This document shows positions 7,281 through 10,963 of a DNA stretch of 10,963 bases, piece by piece. The notes under the pieces are model-generated. The model was given only the letters and a program-made list of their open reading frames with translations. It was not told the DNA's origin and did not search any database. Numbering within the stretch: position 1 is the first letter of the stretch; every line of letters starts with the position of its first letter. The position numbers and the translations under genes were made by a program. Origin of the DNA: an uncultured bacterium (GTDB lineage Bacteria; SAR324; NAC60-12); contig CAXGMD010000091.1 in assembly GCA_964010765.1 (NCBI GenBank), positions 1 to 10,963 of the forward strand, read 5' to 3'.

Positions 7281-7383
7281 AAAATATTTCCTCAGCGAGT
7301 GATGGAATCGTCATTCTGCCTGAAAAGGGCTGGTAGTAGGTATAGGTGCAATGGTTACAAAAATAATGAACTAAAATATTAAT

Positions 7384-10300
7384 TTATGAACATCTCTCTC
7401 TCTCGTTTTCAGAAGAATTCTCTAATTCTACACTTTCTTCTGGTTGAGGCAAGGCAGCCAGACTGTGCTCCGTCTCTTCTCCCTCCTCCTCCTCTTCTTC
7501 CCACAAACGGAACTGATGGACCACCGCCAACAACTCCTCCGCCTGCTGCGATAACTGCGAACTCGACTTCGCGTTCACCTCCGAATACTGCGCATTCTCC
7601 ATCGTCATCTGGTTCAACTCCTCCAACGCCTGGTTCACCTGACGAATCCCCTGTGACTGCTCCTCAGCCGCATGTCTAATCATCTGCATCATCTCTGCGA
7701 CCGACTCCGTCGTCCCAAAAATCTCCTCCAACGATCCCTGCGCCTCACTCAAAGCCTGCCTCCCTGATTGAACCTTCTCCACCGAAGCTCCCACTACTTT
7801 CGATATCTCTTCAGCTGACTCCGCTGTCTGCGCTGCCAACTCCTGAACCTCCTGGGCCACCACCGCAAAGCCTGCTCCATGCACTCCCGCCCGCGCTGCC
7901 TCAATCGAAGCATTGATCGCCAGCATCCGCGTCTGCGCCGCAATCTCGCTGATCAACGAGGTGATCTGCGTCACGTTCTCCGTAGAAGACTCTATCTCTG
8001 CCATCATCTGCGAAAAGCGCTGAACCTGCTCACTGCTTGACTGGGCCTGGCGACTCATCTGTTCACTCTCCCGGCTGGCACTCGCTGATAACTCATGGTT
8101 GTGCTTGGTCTGGGCGTTCAACTCCAACATCGATGAGCTGATCTCTTCTAATGAGGCCGCCTGGGATGAGGACTGCTCGGCCAACTGCCTGCCGGTACTC
8201 TCCAACACACTCGACTCCTGCTGAACCTGGCGAGAGGACCACTCCACGTGTTGCAGAGCGCTGTTGAGTTGGGAGACCATCTGGCGCATGGACTCGGCCA
8301 TCTGGCCAATCTCATCTTGCTGCTCTACACCCACCTGGATGTTCAGGTCCTGCTCTTCGGCAATCGTCTGCAGAGCCAGGGCCGTCTCAGAGACCGGTTG
8401 AGTGATGTTACGGGAGAAGAAGAGCGCCAGTTGAACCACCAGGGCTACGACACCCAACAGGAGGACTAACACCACCAGACCCAAAATCCAGACAGGACGC
8501 AGGACTTCAGAGGCCTGGATCTCCGTGATCAAAGCCCAGGTCTGGTCATGTACTTCAATCGGAGAGAAGGAAGCCAGCACCCAGTCTCCGTTGTAGTTTT
8601 GATGTAGGCCCGTATCACTTTGACCTTCAAGGGCCAGTCGGACGGGTTCGGTGTCAGCCCCATTGAGAGAGACATCACCACTGAGGGAGGAGGCCAGGTT
8701 ACGGTTGGGATCTAGGGTGCTAGTGCGGAGCTTGAAGTCTGGACCAACCAGATAGGACTCTCCAGTCTCTCCGAGACCAGTGCGTTGCAGCATCACTTCA
8801 TTCAAGGTGCTGTCTGACAACTGAAGAGCAACTACGGTTTGAATCCCGAAACTCAGTCCTTGGTTTGTACTATTCTCAAGTGATGAATCGTATCGAATTG
8901 GCCGGCTGATGAAAGCTGCGGGTGCATTTCCACTTGGCTCATACGGCTGAAAATCAGCAAAAACTTCATCTTCTGGACTTAGTAGCGCCTGCCGCATCAC
9001 CCTTCCCAAGCTACTGTCAGCGAATCTACCGTTGAGAATGTTTGTCTGGTAATCGGCCTCACGAGCTGCGGTGTAGAAAATCTCTCCATCTGGATGGATC
9101 AGGAATAGGTCGTAATACTCATTAAGCTCTGAAAAGTCTTTGTAGAACTCTGCACCGCCGGCATCCAATGGATTGAGGACCTCACTCACATTCATTTCAC
9201 TGACCACCACCCAATTCAGATCCTCAAAAACAAAGGGACTCCAGGCACTTAACACATACTCATTCAGGTAGTTGCGGCTTACACCAACGCCAGACTCACC
9301 ACCCAAACCAGAGCGTACTGGGGCTGTATCCAATGCAAGAAATTCCCGAAAGGATGCTTCCATGGAAAAACTGAGTGGATCTAAAAAAGTATCGGAGCGA
9401 AAGCGAAAATCACTTCCAACCAAGTAAGTCTCTCCGGTCTGTCCCAAGCCACTCCGGTCGCTCATCACACTTTTGAACTTGTCGACAGGAAACTGAAAAA
9501 TTACTACACCAAGTTTGACCAGGCCATTTCTGGTCATTTCAAAAATAGGGGCTGCCACGAAGGCAGCTGGTGCCTCAAAGCCTGCCCAGTAAGGTTCAAA
9601 ATCCTCGATGAAAAATTGTCCTGGTAATTGGGCTGCGTTGGCTTGCTGAAAAATTCTGCCCAAACTACTTTCTGCAAAAGGACCATCGATCAGGGATGTT
9701 CCAAAATTGAGCTCCTTGAACGTGGAATATACGATGCGACCTTCTTCAGCTTCGACGAGAAAGATATCGTAGTAACCAAACTCACGCAGAAAGCTGCGAA
9801 TGGATGGGTGTAGTTGTTCATGCAGCCGGCTGTAAGCCGTTTCATCAGGTTTGTCCAACTCATCCTTGAATCCCATCGGGTTGGGATTGTTCGCGATATA
9901 CGAATGCTGTAGAGCAATCGTGTAATCATCCAACTGAGAAAGATATTTTTCAATCTCAGGATCTTTTCCATCATTCAATTGTCGATAGCGCTCGCCAAAC
10001 TCTTCCTCCCAATAACTTTTTAACTCATCTCGCTTTTCACTCAGCATTGCTTCATCCCAGCGATTTTCTACAATGTAGCTCGGAAAGTATTGGGGTAGAT
10101 CCCACATCGCTTCGATAATTTTTGGGCGTTTTGCAAAGTCGAGTATCTGGGAACGGACAGAGTTTAGATAGTCAAGCAGAGTGACTTTTTTGGCCTCCAT
10201 GATCGCACTCAACTTGTTGTCTGCCGCTTTCTGAAAACTCTCTACGGTCTTGCTCAGTACCTGTAGATCATTGCGCTGCTCTGAAAAGTAGTTATCCAAC

Positions 10301-10470
10301 TGCTGTTGCTTGGCCTGTCGCAATCCGGTCAATTGTTCGTAGGTGCTGCTACTCAGGGAAAAAATCGCTACGATCAGACTGACTAATGTCAACAAGATCG
10401 CAGGTGTACAACCTACCAACAGGAAACTGCCAACCAGTTTGCGCTGCATTGGGATATCTTGGAGTCGCAA
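7384..10470 (-). CDS. Methyl-accepting chemotaxis protein with two dCache-like periplasmic modules, HAMP and MA signalling domain
   Basis: TTG start with AAGGAG 7 nt upstream. TM1 near the N-terminus. Repeated YYD(I/L)FL and GLG(Q/E)TGE(T/S)YLVG motifs. TM2, then HAMP (ITQP...DEIGQM), then the [19 protein letters not shown] tip. Confidence 0.95.
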   Translation of the reverse strand: MRLQDIPMQRKLVGSFLLVGCTPAILLTLVSLIVAIFSLSSSTYEQLTGLRQAKQQQLDNYFSEQRNDLQVLSKTVESFQKAADNKLSAIMEAKKVTLLDYLNSVRSQILDFAKRPKIIEAMWDLPQYFPSYIVENRWDEAMLSEKRDELKSYWEEEFGERYRQLNDGKDPEIEKYLSQLDDYTIALQHSYIANNPNPMGFKDELDKPDETAYSRLHEQLHPSIRSFLREFGYYDIFLVEAEEGRIVYSTFKELNFGTSLIDGPFAESSLGRIFQQANAAQLPGQFFIEDFEPYWAGFEAPAAFVAAPIFEMTRNGLVKLGVVIFQFPVDKFKSVMSDRSGLGQTGETYLVGSDFRFRSDTFLDPLSFSMEASFREFLALDTAPVRSGLGGESGVGVSRNYLNEYVLSAWSPFVFEDLNWVVVSEMNVSEVLNPLDAGGAEFYKDFSELNEYYDLFLIHPDGEIFYTAAREADYQTNILNGRFADSSLGRVMRQALLSPEDEVFADFQPYEPSGNAPAAFISRPIRYDSSLENSTNQGLSFGIQTVVALQLSDSTLNEVMLQRTGLGETGESYLVGPDFKLRTSTLDPNRNLASSLSGDVSLNGADTEPVRLALEGQSDTGLHQNYNGDWVLASFSPIEVHDQTWALITEIQASEVLRPVWILGLVVLVLLLGVVALVVQLALFFSRNITQPVSETALALQTIAEEQDLNIQVGVEQQDEIGQMAESMRQMVSQLNSALQHVEWSSRQVQQESSVLESTGRQLAEQSSSQAASLEEISSSMLELNAQTKHNHELSASASRESEQMSRQAQSSSEQVQRFSQMMAEIESSTENVTQITSLISEIAAQTRMLAINASIEAARAGVHGAGFAVVAQEVQELAAQTAESAEEISKVVGASVEKVQSGRQALSEAQGSLEEIFGTTESVAEMMQMIRHAAEEQSQGIRQVNQALEELNQMTMENAQYSEVNAKSSSQLSQQAEELLAVVHQFRLWEEEEEEGEETEHSLAALPQPEESVELENSSENERERCS
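7501..7590. repeat. Paralogous direct repeat, second copy at 10874-10963
   Basis: Hand alignment gives 81/90 identical nt, including a 33-nt perfect run AACTGCGAACTCGACTTCGCGTTCACCTCCGAA. Confidence 0.93.
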
Positions 10471-10789
10471 TCTCTTTCTCCTTGCTATAAAGGTGAGGCT
10501 TAATCAGTTAATAATGCCACTGAACGTTGAGAATTACCTAGAGCGGATTTGTCATTTCTGCTGATTTTTCCAAGGGTACTGTCCGTAGTTTTCTGCCTCA
10601 AAACCATTGATTGCCGAATGAACTGTTGTTAAGAAACTACACGTGAGCCAACAAGACAAGCAAGTGACAAAAAGCTGTATTGTCGATACTTTATGATGAG
10701 AAATACGGCTGTGAAAAATATTGGTAGTGAGGTAGGGAATCAATCAGAAAAATGAAATTTATTTAATTGTTTTAGCATTTTATTAATAT

Positions 10790-10963
10790 TCAACTGTAAA
10801 GCATCTCTTTATTTTCTCCAGGTTCAGGCAAGGCAGTTAGACTTTCCCTTTCTTCCTCTTCCTCCTCCTTCTCCCACAAACGAAACTGATGCACCACCTC
10901 CAATAACTCTTCAGCCTGCTTCGACAACTGCGAACTCGACTTCGCGTTCACCTCCGAAAACTG
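10790..10963 (-). CDS. 3' end of a second methyl-accepting chemotaxis protein (runs off the window)
   Basis: Manual translation [57 protein letters not shown] (stop at 10790-10792). It has 27/30 aa identity to the equivalent segment of the 7384..10470 protein. Confidence 0.9.
   Translation of the reverse strand, partial: QFSEVNAKSSSQLSKQAEELLEVVHQFRLWEKEEEEEERESLTALPEPGENKEMLYS

Noticed and set aside
7470..7500. (CTC/TTC)n tract as a possible phase-variable repeat
   Set aside because: It is an imperfect in-frame trinucleotide run encoding poly-Glu, so slippage would not shift the frame.
10545..10620. Faint c-di-GMP-I riboswitch-like words on the - strand upstream of the MCP (GGCAA...AAAACTACGG...ATGACA)
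   Set aside because: No GNRA-capped stem or convincing pairing. An Infernal search would be needed and I do not expect a hit.
7501..10963. Repeat pair as a diversity-generating retroelement TR/VR
   Set aside because: Mismatches are not adenine-specific and are mostly synonymous, both copies are coding MCP ends, and there is no reverse transcriptase in the window.

Overview
Bacterial chromosomal window of moderate GC with AT-rich intergenic gaps. The gene style is compatible with a marine delta-proteobacterium such as SAR324, which is only an impression. From left to right: (1) an AT-rich, palindrome-rich non-coding stretch and an intrinsic terminator; (2) a LigE/beta-etherase-like glutathione S-transferase (-); (3) a divergent + strand three-gene unit made of a solitary CbiM-type Co/Ni permease (true start 1143, MHIEPG), a lipoprotein with a PCuAC copper-chaperone domain on a long spacer, and a stand-alone type II phosphomannose-isomerase cupin; (4) a - strand quinate/shikimate-catabolism-like cluster of QuiC1-type dehydroshikimate dehydratase, an atypical shikimate dehydrogenase and an HpcH/HpaI aldolase; (5) a secreted hypothetical protein that resembles a catalytically dead thermonuclease fold; (6) a 1028-aa chemoreceptor with two dCache-like modules; (7) the 3' end of a second, closely related chemoreceptor missed by the ORF track. 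The best leads are the CbiM + variant PCuAC pair (one Cu-ligand Met replaced by Lys, plus an extra His) and the tandem chemoreceptors. The full-length receptor has nested sensor modules, a divergent signalling tip and a compositionally distinct signalling half, and both receptors share an acidic-ALPxP tail. No CRISPR, rRNA, tRNA or transposase was seen. All family calls are by motif recognition without database searches.
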